64,000 nucleotides of DNA from an uncultured bacterium (GTDB lineage: Bacteria > Babelota > Babeliae > Babelales > Babelaceae): NCBI GenBank assembly GCA_963717435.1, contig OY970332.1, forward strand, positions 192,001 to 256,000, given 5' to 3'. This document shows, piece by piece, positions 18,780-30,420 of this stretch. The translations under genes were made by a program, and so were the position numbers. The notes beneath the pieces are model-generated. The model saw nothing but the letters and a program-made list of their open reading frames with translations. It ran no database searches and was not told where the DNA came from. Each line of letters begins with the position of its first letter. The first letter of the stretch is position 1.

Positions 18780-19418
18780 ATGAAAAAACATATTTTGTTA
18801 GGCACATTAACAATTTTAAGTATATCTCGCTCGAATGGGAACACCAATCAGGTTGCGGACCCGTCAATTAGCGAATTGATCGCATCAAATTTTTTACAAG
18901 CTAGAAAAAAATCGATAGAAGATTATTCCTGTAGTACTTTTCATAATGATACAGTTGAGAAGAAAATTTTTGATATTAAGTGGGATGTAAATATATATGA
19001 TGTTGAAATGAAGATTAAACGTGAAGGAACAGGCGATTCTTCTACTGTTATTCTTGAAACATCTGTTAAAGGTGCCCCAGAAGATTTTGAAGGCAAAAAT
19101 GTTTTAGAATCTGAAAGAAAACTTTTCAAACATGTCCTTATAAAGAATTATCTTGAAAAGCTTAATGAGCAAAAAACTGACTCCTCAAAAAAACCCATAG
19201 TTGTTCAAATCGATAATAATACCAAATCTATTATGCCCCCAACTCCAATGGTAAGAGTCACTGAGCAATTTTTTCAAAAAAGTGTAACAGAGTGCCAGGA
19301 TCGAAAATCGATGTCATTCATGACGGTTTTTTCAGCACCAGAATTTGATATTTTAGTTAAGAAATATTTCTCTGAAGATGTAAATAAACAAGAAAAAAAA
19401 TCAGGCTGGTTTTGGTAA
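18780..19418 (+). CDS. Exported hypothetical protein
   Basis: MKKHILL signal-like N-terminus; C-terminal KKSGWFW. Confidence 0.65.
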   Translation: MKKHILLGTLTILSISRSNGNTNQVADPSISELIASNFLQARKKSIEDYSCSTFHNDTVEKKIFDIKWDVNIYDVEMKIKREGTGDSSTVILETSVKGAPEDFEGKNVLESERKLFKHVLIKNYLEKLNEQKTDSSKKPIVVQIDNNTKSIMPPTPMVRVTEQFFQKSVTECQDRKSMSFMTVFSAPEFDILVKKYFSEDVNKQEKKSGWFW

Positions 19419-19452
19419 AACAATAAGAATTTTATAAATAAATCTTGAAATT

Positions 19453-20115
19453 ATGAATATTATTAACGATCTAGAGAAATTATTTATTAAACATGCGAAT
19501 CAAGATATAGCAGAAAAACAGCAAGCTTATATGAAAAATATAAGCCCGTATTTGGGCCTCCAAAAGCCAACAAGAGCTGCTTTGCAAAAATCTGTATTTA
19601 AAAATTATAAACTTAGCAAAGAAGAGTTAACTAAAACTGTAAAATTATTATGGAACAAAAAAGAGCGTGAGTACTCTTATGCTGCGCTTGATTTATTATT
19701 GAGTAATAAAAAATTATGGTCTTCTGATTTTATTAATTTATTCGAAGAATTAATTGAAAATAGGCCATGGTGGGACACAATAGATATTCTTGCTTCTAAC
19801 TGCGTTGGACCACTTATAAAAAATAATCCAGATTTAGTAAAATTTATGGATCTGTGGATCAAAGATGAAAATATGTGGAAGCGTCGTGTTGCGATATTAC
19901 ATCAACTAAAATATAAAACGGATACCGATACAGAGAGGCTTGATAAATATTATAAAATTACGATGCATGAGCGAGAATTTTTTATCGCAAAAGCTATCGG
20001 TTGGTCCTTAAGAGAGTATTCAAAAACTAATAAATCTTGGGTAAGCGAATTTATTAATAAATATAAAGATAAGCTGGCGCCGCTCTCTGTTCGTGAAGGC
20101 AGCAAATATTGTTGA
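19453..20115 (+). CDS. alkD: DNA alkylation repair protein (AlkD family)
   Basis: AYMKN, ERE, WWDTID, WKRR, EFFIAKAIGWSLREYSK, LSVREG. Confidence 0.9.
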   Translation: MNIINDLEKLFIKHANQDIAEKQQAYMKNISPYLGLQKPTRAALQKSVFKNYKLSKEELTKTVKLLWNKKEREYSYAALDLLLSNKKLWSSDFINLFEELIENRPWWDTIDILASNCVGPLIKNNPDLVKFMDLWIKDENMWKRRVAILHQLKYKTDTDTERLDKYYKITMHEREFFIAKAIGWSLREYSKTNKSWVSEFINKYKDKLAPLSVREGSKYC

Positions 20116-20184
20116 CACTTTTTATTTTGTAACTAACTTTAACTAAGTCAAATCTGTAAATTTTTCTAAAAAAAGGAAAAAGTA

Positions 20185-21603
20185 ATGGGAGCAAAATCTT
20201 CTACTCTATATTTATATTTATTAATTTCTGGGCTTTTTGTCTTATCACAAGATTTTTTATATTGTGCTCAAGCAAACACCGTCGTTGCAACAATAAATGT
20301 TGGTGTGACGCCTGCAGGCTTGGCCATAACGCCAAATAGTTTATACGCCTATGTCGCAAATAATAATAACTATGAAATTGCCGGATCTGATTCTGTTAGT
20401 GTCTTAAATTTATCTAATAATACTCTACAGCAAACAATTCTTGAACACAGTGTTACTAGCACAACTTTTACTCAGCCTTACACTGTAACTATTAATGCAG
20501 CTGGAACATTAGCTTACGTCACCGATAGTAATAGCTCAACCGTGACAATCATAAACATAGCAACTAATACAGTTTCAGGGACCATTACAGGCTTTGATGG
20601 ACCGTCGGGCTTTGTAATAAATCCAGCTAATCCAAGTATTGCTTATGTTAATAACTATGGCGGACCCGATGGTGTTGGTAGCGGGTTTGGCAACACAGTG
20701 CGGGTTGTCAATCTCAATACAAATACTGTTGTTGGGCCTTCGATTATTGTTGGACAAGCTCCTGCTGCCATGGCAATATCACCAAACGGCGCCTATCTTT
20801 ATGTTGCAAATTATGTTGATGGCAACACAGGTACTGGGACCATTAGTGTAGTTCAAACAAGTAATAATACAGTTGTTGACACAATAACAGGCTTTTCAGG
20901 TCCATTTGCAATAGCAGTAACCCCTGATGGCAAATACGCTTACGTAACAAATTTTGGTAGCAATAATTTTATGCCATACGGCACAACTGTAAGCGTTGTT
21001 AATTTAAGCACGAACACGATATCAGCAACAGTTGTTGATTTGGGTATACAACCTGCTGGGCTTGCAATAACACCTGATCAACAATACGCTTACGTAACAA
21101 ATTATGACACTCTTTATACTGATTCAAATTTTAGTAGTTTGGTTCCTGGGCAAGGCACAGTAAATATTATAGATATCGCAACTAATACAGTTGTTCCGCC
21201 AACTATCGCCGTAGGACAGTCACCTGCTAATATTGCAATATCACCTAACGGTTTTTTTGCTTATGTTACAAATTTTACATCTAACGTAGTTAACGTTATT
21301 GCATTGCCAACTTTCCAGATTACAGCTCAGGGGTGCAAAATGCAGAATAGATATTTAACACAGATAGACAACGTCAATAAAATAAGTTGGTCAGCAACTG
21401 GCTTCTCTTTGCCTGTTTATTACTCGATTTATCGCGACGCAGATTTAACGCAACTTGCTGGCACAGTTTTAGCTTCGCAGCCGTTTGTGTTTTATGACCA
21501 TAATACTAACCCCAACACAACTTACACCTATTATGTTGTGGGAACAAATATTGCAGGAACAAGTTCTGCACCTGTAGCAGTGACAGTTTCACAAAATTGT
21601 TAA
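20185..21603 (+). CDS. YVTN/YncE beta-propeller repeat protein with C-terminal Fn3-like domain
   Basis: Repeated P.G.AITPDG.YAYVTN units; YSIYRD...TYTYYV tail. Confidence 0.88.
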   Translation: MGAKSSTLYLYLLISGLFVLSQDFLYCAQANTVVATINVGVTPAGLAITPNSLYAYVANNNNYEIAGSDSVSVLNLSNNTLQQTILEHSVTSTTFTQPYTVTINAAGTLAYVTDSNSSTVTIINIATNTVSGTITGFDGPSGFVINPANPSIAYVNNYGGPDGVGSGFGNTVRVVNLNTNTVVGPSIIVGQAPAAMAISPNGAYLYVANYVDGNTGTGTISVVQTSNNTVVDTITGFSGPFAIAVTPDGKYAYVTNFGSNNFMPYGTTVSVVNLSTNTISATVVDLGIQPAGLAITPDQQYAYVTNYDTLYTDSNFSSLVPGQGTVNIIDIATNTVVPPTIAVGQSPANIAISPNGFFAYVTNFTSNVVNVIALPTFQITAQGCKMQNRYLTQIDNVNKISWSATGFSLPVYYSIYRDADLTQLAGTVLASQPFVFYDHNTNPNTTYTYYVVGTNIAGTSSAPVAVTVSQNC

Positions 21604-21639
21604 TTTTTAAAATTAAAATTTTAAACTAGAAAGTAAATC

Positions 21640-22260
21640 ATGTTTAAATCAAAATTATTAAATTATATTTTGGCAGTATTATTTTTGGCTCCAAGCTATA
21701 CAAGCTATATTTATTCACGTGATGTATTCCTGGAATTTAAAGGCGCCTATTTCCTTGCCACAGATAAATGCTTCAAAGAAATCTATAAAAATGGTGGCGG
21801 ACTTTATGGCCCAGAAGTGACTTTTCAGCTGACATGTAACAATAACTGTTGGTACGGTTTTGCAAGCGCAGATTTTTTTAGCAAAGAAGGGCGCACGATT
21901 GGGCTCTGTGAATATACAAAAGCATTTATTGTGCCAGTAGGGCTCGGTGTGAAATATCTCGCGCCATTCTCTTATGGAACATATTATATCGGCTTGGGTT
22001 TTCAGCCAACATATTTAAAAACAAAAAACTGCTCTCAATATGTTGCTAACACATCACATTGGGGATTTGGCGGAATTGCAAAACTTGGTGCATTTTTCGA
22101 TTTATCACACTGTTTCTTTTTAGATCTTTTTATCGATTATAGTTTTGTAAAAATTGGTTGCAAAAAAAATTGTGCCAATTCAACAAATTTTACAACGCCA
22201 GTAAAAGCTAATATCAGCGGCACAATATTTGGCGCTGGATTGGCATACAGATTTAATTAA
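21640..22260 (+). CDS. Putative small outer-membrane beta-barrel protein
   Basis: Signal peptide, amphipathic strands, C-terminal GAGLAYRFN. Confidence 0.65.
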   Translation: MFKSKLLNYILAVLFLAPSYTSYIYSRDVFLEFKGAYFLATDKCFKEIYKNGGGLYGPEVTFQLTCNNNCWYGFASADFFSKEGRTIGLCEYTKAFIVPVGLGVKYLAPFSYGTYYIGLGFQPTYLKTKNCSQYVANTSHWGFGGIAKLGAFFDLSHCFFLDLFIDYSFVKIGCKKNCANSTNFTTPVKANISGTIFGAGLAYRFN

Positions 22261-22269
22261 AAAATTATT

Positions 22270-23006
22270 TTATTGCAAATCGGCCCAGTTTATTTCAGGC
22301 AAATTGTGCTTCTTCAAAAAAGCATTTGCCTTTGAAAAATGTTTGCAGCCCAAAAATCCTGTAACTGAAAGTGGTGAGGGGTGCGCAGATTTTAAGATTA
22401 AATCGCGATCTTGGATCGATATGCAGCGTGTAAGTTTTGAACTTTTTTCTGCGCATAAGATCCCCAAAGTAATAACACCGTCGGGTGTTTGCGTTTTAGT
22501 ATTGCTTCTATAATAGCGTCTGTAAAAATCTCCCAGCCATGATTAGCATGACTTGCGGGAGAGCCCTCTTCAACTGTTAGTATTGCATTAAGCAATAAAA
22601 CTCCCTGCTTTGCCCAACCAGTTAATGTCCCATTTGTCGGGATTTTCATGCCAATATCGTTATGCAATTCTTTAAAAATATTTCTTAGAGATGGGGGAAT
22701 TGTGACGTCTGGCGGCACACTAAAACTTAGGCCGTGGGCCTGACCTGGACCATGATATGGATCTTGACCAACAATAACAACACTAACTTTATCAAAGGGC
22801 GTTGCTTTTAATGCAGCAAAAATATTTTGTTTTGACGGATAAATTTTTGCACCCGCAGATTCTCTATCTTGCAAAAATTTAACAAGAGAATCTATCTCAG
22901 GTCTTTCACAAATATCTCTTAACGGCTCTTTCCATGAATCTGGCAGCGCCTCATAAAATTTCTTTTGTCTTGGTGTCATATTTTTCATAGTGGGTTTATT
23001 TTGCAT
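22270..23006 (-). pseudogene. ung: Uracil-DNA glycosylase (family 1), frameshifted at about 22400-22460
   Basis: GQDPYH, GLSFS, PPSLRNI, GVLLLN and LLWG in 22398-23006; [19 protein letters not shown] in another frame (22270-22467). Confidence 0.9.
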
Positions 23007-23140
23007 TTATTTGATTATACTGTCAAAATTTTTACTCAAAAATTAATTGACAGAATAGTTTCCGTCATTCTAATATCAGTTTGCCACACGGCGCGTGCAA
23101 GAAAAATTATATTTCAAACTCAATTTGTCTAAAATAAAAT

Positions 23141-23509
23141 ATGAATAATAAAGATCAAAACGAGTCTAACCAACAATATATATTGGCAGAAGAAAGAACT
23201 TTGCTTGCTTCAGAGCGGACTTTTTCTGCTTGGATAAGAACTGCGCTGACAGCGATGGCAGGTGGCCTGGGAATTTTAAGATTGATTGTTTTCAAAACTT
23301 CGCTTCACAAAATAATTGCCCATGTTATTGGAGAACTGCTTATTCTTTGGGGATGCTTGATAATTATTTTATCTGCGATGGACCACAAAAGAACAAGAGA
23401 CAGATTACATATCTCAAAAACTTATAAAAGCTCTAAACTCGGATTTGCTATAGTTCTTCTGCCACTACTTATAATATCTGTATTACTTGTCTGGGTTACT
23501 TTACCGTAA
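23141..23509 (+). CDS. DUF202/YidH family membrane protein
   Basis: LAEERTLLASERTFSAWIRT motif plus 3 TM helices. Confidence 0.88.
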   Translation: MNNKDQNESNQQYILAEERTLLASERTFSAWIRTALTAMAGGLGILRLIVFKTSLHKIIAHVIGELLILWGCLIIILSAMDHKRTRDRLHISKTYKSSKLGFAIVLLPLLIISVLLVWVTLP

Positions 23510-23514
23510 AATAA

Positions 23515-24801
23515 CTAAAAAAGTTCCTGCCAACAAACTGTTCCAAAAAAATTTGTTGTTGATCCAGACAATGACAGACCTGTGATTGTAGCTGACTCAC
23601 CAAGATTCAAAAAGATCGTTAAGTTTTCTAATGGAATGAAATATGTTTCGGGCCCCGAACCACCGGCCGGGGCGCCAGTAGAAGGTATTATAAAGTATTG
23701 GGTACCAGTCCCGGCAACATATGTTCCAACTGTGCTAAATTGAGTCACAGAATTTTGAGAATCAACATCAGAAAATGAAAGGCCCGTAACCGTAGCATTC
23801 TTTCTCAGATGAAGAACAGCCGCATCCGCCGTTGTATTAACAATTCCGCCGCCAATTACCGTAATTTGTATTTGTACCTGATTGGTCACCCCTTGATAGG
23901 TTGTTTTATTCTGAATTGTCAAAACGTGCGTCTCGGAAGTTGCTATTGTGACGCTGTTGCTTTCCGCAAAAAACCTGCTTCCAGCGGTACTGGGTTCTCC
24001 TACAATTCCCGCATTTAAACTTGCTGTATTAATTTGCAAATTTGATGTACCCGCTGTTTTTTTTACTTCCATTGCTATGGGCAAAACTGGATTTAAAAAA
24101 GTAGGTCCGCCGGCACTGTTTGGCCATTGAATTTTATGAAAATTTATCCACTGGCCAGTAGAAGTCAAAACATAATACTTTATTGGCGCGGCACCCAACC
24201 AACCATACGCAATTCTAAAAACATTAAGAAACTGCGGGTTAATATTAAACCCACTGGGACCCGCACCGTTAATTGTATCTATGTTAAAATTTGTTTGTGT
24301 GATTATAGTATCAACACCGCCCTGCCTAAACAAAATAGCAAAATTTGTGCCGCTATATCCTATAGCAGCTCCATTTTGGCTATCAAAAAGACCGGCCCAT
24401 TGGGTTGAATTTGCAGCCAATCCATTCGGAAACATTGCTGTAAAAAATGCGTACCCCTCATGGCCCGGTCTATATCTTAGCTTTTGGATAGTTGACATAT
24501 TTGCATAACCGTTTGTCGCTGCCCCTGTGCTTAACTGCGCCATGGATGAAGAGTTAGTGATTGTTCCAGTTGAAACTATTGTGGTCGTAACATCAATTGG
24601 CGCAACACTGTACTGAAATTGCACAGCTGTGGTGTCATCGCGTCCACTTGTAATTAAATCTCCGAAAGTAGATATAAATGGATAAGTTGTCGGACTTTCA
24701 ACAACTGTTGCCTGCGGTGGCGAGGCAGCTTTAGAACCTAAACAAAAAAATAGAATAAAAATATATTTTTTTTTAAAGTGACGCATTTTGGAAAGTACCA
24801 A
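23515..24801 (-). CDS. Exported hypothetical beta-rich protein, paralogue of the C-terminal domain of 26204-29026
   Basis: Shared STFGD..SGRDD, LRYRPGHEG and YGWLGAAPI segments. Confidence 0.75.
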   Translation of the reverse strand: MVLSKMRHFKKKYIFILFFCLGSKAASPPQATVVESPTTYPFISTFGDLITSGRDDTTAVQFQYSVAPIDVTTTIVSTGTITNSSSMAQLSTGAATNGYANMSTIQKLRYRPGHEGYAFFTAMFPNGLAANSTQWAGLFDSQNGAAIGYSGTNFAILFRQGGVDTIITQTNFNIDTINGAGPSGFNINPQFLNVFRIAYGWLGAAPIKYYVLTSTGQWINFHKIQWPNSAGGPTFLNPVLPIAMEVKKTAGTSNLQINTASLNAGIVGEPSTAGSRFFAESNSVTIATSETHVLTIQNKTTYQGVTNQVQIQITVIGGGIVNTTADAAVLHLRKNATVTGLSFSDVDSQNSVTQFSTVGTYVAGTGTQYFIIPSTGAPAGGSGPETYFIPLENLTIFLNLGESATITGLSLSGSTTNFFGTVCWQELF

Positions 24802-26188
24802 TCACATTTGACAATGGTCCATTAAATATAGAAATCGTATTAGCTAAATTGTTATCAAAGTTCAGTGTATTTAAAGAGCAATAATTACCATAAAATCGGT
24901 TAACGCTAAATGTAGCAAGTGTATCCATAATACCAAATCCTCCAGACCCGCCAACATGACCAACAACTAAATTTTGCGCAACAAAACAGCTATAAGAATT
25001 ATCCAATAAGATCCCGTAGGCGGTACCTGTGACCGCCAAATCTGCATCGATCTCATTTTCATAAAGGGCGATTCCCGTGCTTGAAAGCACCCAGCAACCG
25101 AGACCATTTGCACCAGAATTGTTTGTGCCGATGGTGCATCCTTTAATGGCGCCTGTAAAACAGTTGCTCGTTAAAATTCCACAAGCCGTACCATATGTAC
25201 TTGCGCTTCCTAAAGCTTCACATTTTAAGCACCCAGAAGAGGTACAATTTTCAAAATAGTAACCCACAGCCGTATAAGTGGAAACATTCCCCGCAGCAGT
25301 ACATTCTTCAAAATATACGTCGTTGCAATTTTTTAAATGAAATCCTGCTCCAAGGCCGGAACTTGTTGTTCCTGTGTAAATATTTTGAGAAGCAGCCGTA
25401 TCTAAAAATAAAATGGACTGGCAATTAAAAAGGTCGTAGCCTATTGCACCCAATCCTGAAGAAATATTATCGCTTGCAATACAACTCTTAACTCTAATAT
25501 TTGCAGAATTCTCAAGCTTTACACCATAAATGCAAGATGAAGAGTCGCTAGTATTTCCGGTGCCAACATTATCTAGGTTCATTATTTCACAATATTTCCC
25601 CCATATCCCATATACAGGCTCACTACTTACACTTTGAAACTCATTAATTGTTAAATTTAAAAATAAAATATTATTTATTGTGCTGCTACTTGAGAGACCA
25701 TCAAGATACACCCCAGCTACGCCACAATAAAGAATAATTAGATCATGGATATCCATAACTTCTACAGTATTTTGCACATAGATACCATATCCACTCATGC
25801 CATTTATTGTTCCATTTCTAATTATAATATTGTTAAACCCTGGAGCAACTGTTACACATGACACACCCGTATAAGTTGATAATGGATCTTGCGTGATACT
25901 TTTCATATTGAAATCGATCATAACGTTACTAGCATTTATTGTTATGTAACTATCTCCATCAGACTGGGGGGTATAAATAATATCATCGGGAATAATATAT
26001 ATACCAGACTCATTAATCGTTGTTTGGGAAATTAAATATCGTGGTTTATTAAATCCGTCGACTCTGGAGTTTGTTCTCAAAGCTCGGTTAAATTCAAAAT
26101 ATTTGGGAGCGAAAGCCTGAATATTAACTATAAAAATTATACTTAAAACAAGCTCTATTAAGTTTAAAAAAAACATTTTTGGTTTCAT
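24773..26188 (-). CDS. Right-handed parallel beta-helix (pectin lyase-like) protein
   Basis: ITINASNVMIDFN, IIRNGTI and repeated G..L.NC..C.A..N turns; signal peptide. Confidence 0.8.
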   Translation of the reverse strand: MKPKMFFLNLIELVLSIIFIVNIQAFAPKYFEFNRALRTNSRVDGFNKPRYLISQTTINESGIYIIPDDIIYTPQSDGDSYITINASNVMIDFNMKSITQDPLSTYTGVSCVTVAPGFNNIIIRNGTINGMSGYGIYVQNTVEVMDIHDLIILYCGVAGVYLDGLSSSSTINNILFLNLTINEFQSVSSEPVYGIWGKYCEIMNLDNVGTGNTSDSSSCIYGVKLENSANIRVKSCIASDNISSGLGAIGYDLFNCQSILFLDTAASQNIYTGTTSSGLGAGFHLKNCNDVYFEECTAAGNVSTYTAVGYYFENCTSSGCLKCEALGSASTYGTACGILTSNCFTGAIKGCTIGTNNSGANGLGCWVLSSTGIALYENEIDADLAVTGTAYGILLDNSYSCFVAQNLVVGHVGGSGGFGIMDTLATFSVNRFYGNYCSLNTLNFDNNLANTISIFNGPLSNVIGTFQNASL

Positions 26189-26203
26189 TATTAACTTCTT
26201 TCT

Positions 26204-29200
26204 TTAAAATTCTTCCTGCCAAGAAACTGCACCAAACATATTCGAAGCGGCACCAGTCAAACTTTGGGCGGTAATTGTTACCGAATCTCCGGGATTTAAA
26301 ATTATTGTTAAGTTTTCTTGTGGGATAAAATAAGTTTGGGGACCGGAGCCCGTTGTATTGTTCGGGATAATAAATAGCTGCGTTCCAGTACCAGCCGTAT
26401 AGGTTCCAGCCGTTGTATATCGCATTACAGAATTTAGCGAGTCGACATCGGTATATGATGTTCCTGTCACTGTGGCATTCTTTCGCAAACGAATAACAGA
26501 GGCGTCGGCAGTGGTAGTCGTTGTACCTCCACCCACAGCAGTTATTAGTACCTCGACATGATTGGTTACCCCCTGATAAGTGCTCTTATTTTGGACGGTA
26601 AGCACATGCGTTTCTGCGCCACCTGCCCCAACACTAATATTATTATTCTGAGAAAAAAATCTGCTTCCTGCTGTATTTGGCTCACCAACAATTCCAGCAT
26701 TCAAACTTGCTGTATTAATTTGCAAATTTGATGTCCCAGCCGTCTTTTTTACTTCCATAGCTATAGGTAAAACTGGATTTAAGAAAGTAGGTCCACTGGC
26801 AGTGTTTGGCCACTGAATTTTGTGAAAATTTATCCACTGGCCACTAGAAGTCAAAACATAATATTTTATGGGCGCAGCACCCAACCAACCATATGCAATT
26901 CTGAAGACGTTCAAAAATTGTGGATTAATATTAAATCCGCTTGGGCCGGACCCATTGATGGTATCCAAATTAAAATTTGTTTGGGTAGTTATAGTATCAA
27001 CACCGCCCTGCCTGAACAAAATGGCAAAATTTGTGCCACTATAACCTATAGCGGCTCCATTTTGGCTATCAAAAAGCCCCGCCCATTGGGTTGAATTTGC
27101 AGCCGATCCATTCGGATACATAGCTGTAAAAAACGTGTAACCCTCATGGCCCGGTCTATATCTTAGGCGCCTATTTGTTGACATATTGGCATAACCATTT
27201 GTCGCTGCCCCTGTGCTTAACTGCGCCATGCTGCCTGAACCTATAACGGTGCCAGTTGCCAATATGCTTGTTGTAACATCATATGGAGCAACCCCATACT
27301 GGAACTGAACCGCTATTGTATCATCTCTACCACTCACTATTTCATCACCAAAGGTCGAAATAAATGGTTGGCCAGCGATAATTGTTGTCTGTAAGGCATT
27401 AATAGCCGTAAATGTATTATTAAAATTTTGCTGTGTTTGCTCGCAACATACTGTTACCGTACTTTGAAGTTCTGCGATACTTGTGAATGTATTAATTACG
27501 TTTGTGTTTATATTTGCAAGTATTGTCCATGTGCCATTGAAATCGTTAACAACTGTGTTTTGAAGAGTTGCGATACTCGTGAATGTATTTAACACGTTAC
27601 TATTAATTGTCGCTAATATTGTCCATGTATTATTAAAGTCATTAACAACTATATTTTGTAAATTCGCAATACTGGTAAACGTATTTAGCACATTGGTATT
27701 TATTGTCGCCAGTATTGTCCATGTATTATTAAAGTCTTGCTGTGTTTGGGCGCAACAAGCTGTCACTGTGTTCTTCAAGTCTGCGATACTTGTAAATGTA
27801 TTTAGCACGTTTGTGTTTATTGTATTTAACACTGTAAATGTATTTGCACTACTACTATTTATATTTGCAAGTATTGTCCATGTATTATTGAAGTCTGAAA
27901 CTATCGTATTTTCGATCGCAGCTAATATTGTCCACGTGCTATTAAAATCGTTAACAACTGTATTTTGTAGAGTTGCGATACTTGTGAAAGTATTTAACAC
28001 GTTCGTATTTATTGTCGCCAGTATTGTCCAGGTATTATTAAAGTCTTGCTGTGTTTGGGCGCAACAAGCTGTCACTGTATTTTGCAACTCTGCAATTGCT
28101 GTGAAAGTATTCACGCTGCTTATATTTGCAAGTATTGTCCATGTGCTATTGAAGTCTGAAACTATCGTATTTTCGATCGCAGCTAATATTGTCCAGGTAC
28201 CATTAAAATCATTAACAACTGTATTTTGTAGATTCGAAATACTTGTGAAAGTATTTAACACGTTCGTATTTATTGTCGCCAATATTGTCCAAGTATTATC
28301 AAAATCCTGCTGAGTTTGTGCGCAGCATGCTGTCACTGTGTTTTGCAACTCTGCGATTGCTGTAAATGTATTTATGCTGCTTATATTTGCAAGTATTGTC
28401 CATGTGCTATTAAAGTCTGAAACTATCGTATTTTCGATCGCAGCTAATATTGTCCAGGTACCATTAAAATCATTAACAACTGTATTTTGTAGATTCGAAA
28501 TACTTGTGAAAGTATTTAACACGTTGGTATTTATTGTCGCCAATATCGTCCAAGTATTATCAAAATCCTGCTGAGTTTGTGCGCAGCATGCTGTCACTGT
28601 GTTTTGCAACTCTGCAATTGCTGTGAAAGTATTCACGCTACTTATATTTGCAAGTATTGTCCACGTGCTATTAAAGTCTGAAACTATCGTGTTTTCGATC
28701 GCAGCTAATATTGTCCAGGTGTTATCAAAGTCTTGTTGTGTTTGTGCGCAACATGCTGTCACCGTCTCTTGTAACTCTGCGATTGCCGTAAATGTGTTTA
28801 ACACGTTTACATTTATCGTATTTAATACTGTAAATGTAGAACCCACTGACAGGTTATTTATCTCATTGCTTATCGCAGCTAGTATCGTCCATGTATTATT
28901 AAAGTCTTGTTGAGTTTGTTCACAACATGCTGTTAACGTGTTTTGTAATTCTGCAATTGCCGTAAATGTACCCGACAGGTCCACAATGGCCGTTGGTGTT
29001 GATATCTGAAGCTTGTATCTGTGCAAGTATCGTCCAGGTACTGTTGAAATCTGTAATTATCGTATTTTCAATCGCAGCAAGTATCGTCCAGGTATTATCA
29101 AAATCTTGCTGAGTTTGAGCACAGCATGCCGTTACCGTACCTTTAAGATCCGCTATATCGGCGCGAATGTCCACAATCCCGGTCGTTATGCTATTCAAAA

Positions 29201-30308
29201 TTGTCCAAGTAGCATTGAAATCATTTTGTGTTTGAACGCAACATGCTGTTACCGTGTTTTCTAGCGCAGCTATTGCTGTAAATGTGGCATCAAATTGTGC
29301 ACCGAATGTTATAACTATAGTCGGTGTTGTTAATGTTGATAAAATCTCGTTTAAGAGAGAAAACGTTGTATTAAAATTATTTTGAGTTTGAACGCAACAT
29401 GTTGTTACAGTATTTGTAAGATCAGCTAAAATTGTAAATGTGCTATTAAATTCTGTTGTTACTAAAGCAATTAAAGTATTTAATAACCCTATTATTGTAC
29501 TTATACCCTGGCACTGCGTTGAACTTATTGATGCCTGAATATTTAAAAGTAGCGCCAAAATATCAACACCACCAACACAAAATTTTCCATTAACAACTAA
29601 ATTGCCGCAAATTCTTAAAGAGTCTAAAGATAAATGCGCCAAGTCTTTTTATTTTGGCACCGCGCTGTTTGCAAAATCATCTGATGTTGAAAAAGAGTTT
29701 TTATAACTTCGTTTTGATACTTCTAATTTTGCCTGAATACTTTTTAAATCTTGAATTAAATTTTTCGCATCTTCTGAAGATAACCCGTTATCAAAAACCG
29801 CAGAGCCTACAGATTCATTGGATTCACCATATCTCTGATGCATACTTTCGGTAAACTTTAAGCAACAATCTGATATTGTCTTTTCAATTAAAGAAATCTT
29901 ATTTTCAAGTGGACTCAGGTCATACACAGATGCTATAGAATATGACATGTTCCAAAATTCAGATGGCTCGATTTGGTGCACATTTGATATATAATCTACG
30001 GCGCCTTCTGGGTATTCATTTTTGAGTTCTTTATAAGATTCAAGATCACGGGTTAATTGCTCCAGCGTCCCATTATCTTTTGCTGCTCTTTCTATTGCTT
30101 GCGCAAGTTGGGCCGTCTTTTCTTCATCACCTAGCTTGCCACTTTCAGAAAAATTATCTTCACAAAATTCGGTTATTAAATCTAGCGGACGCCCGTGAGA
30201 TAAGCCAAACGGATCAGAATTTTCTGGACAAAAACTATTGAACCAAAAAACAGAAACAAAAAATATAAAATAAATTGAAAACTTGAAATGCTTCTTACGT
30301 ATATTCAT
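26204..30308 (-). pseudogene. Giant Cys-Cys repeat exported protein, split into three ORFs by an in-frame TAA (29651-29649) and a frameshift (about 29009)
   Basis: ORFs 29649-30308 and 28920-29642 share a frame; TACC.QTQ.DF..TWTIL repeats occur in both 28920-29642 and 26204-29026. Confidence 0.7.
27400..29450 (-). repeat. Intragenic tandem repeats; 261-bp (87-aa) higher-order unit
   Basis: Near-identical ttttgcaactctgc.attgctgt blocks at about 28080, 28341 and 28602. Confidence 0.9.
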
Positions 30309-30378
30309 ATACTCACCCTTTTTTTACCCATTTCATTTTATGCATGCTATAGAGTTCAAAAATTGAAACAAAAAAAAT

Positions 30379-30403
30379 AGGCGAGCTTTTTTCGGCCCGC
30401 CTA
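30379..30403 (-). terminator. Intrinsic terminator (minus strand)
   Basis: taggcgag...cccgccta stem next to an A-run, which is a U-tract on the minus strand. Confidence 0.65.
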
Positions 30404-30420
30404 AATATTAAAATCTTTAG

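Noticed and set aside
27579-28913. Plus-strand ORFs of 244, 78 and 104 aa
   Set aside because: Antisense shadows of the repetitive minus-strand gene
27400-29450. Possible CRISPR array
   Set aside because: The repeats are codon-phased and degenerate, lie inside a CDS, have no unique spacers, and no cas genes are present
29640-29660. Programmed stop-codon readthrough or alternative genetic code
   Set aside because: TAA is the commonest stop codon in this window; a point mutation or sequencing error is simpler
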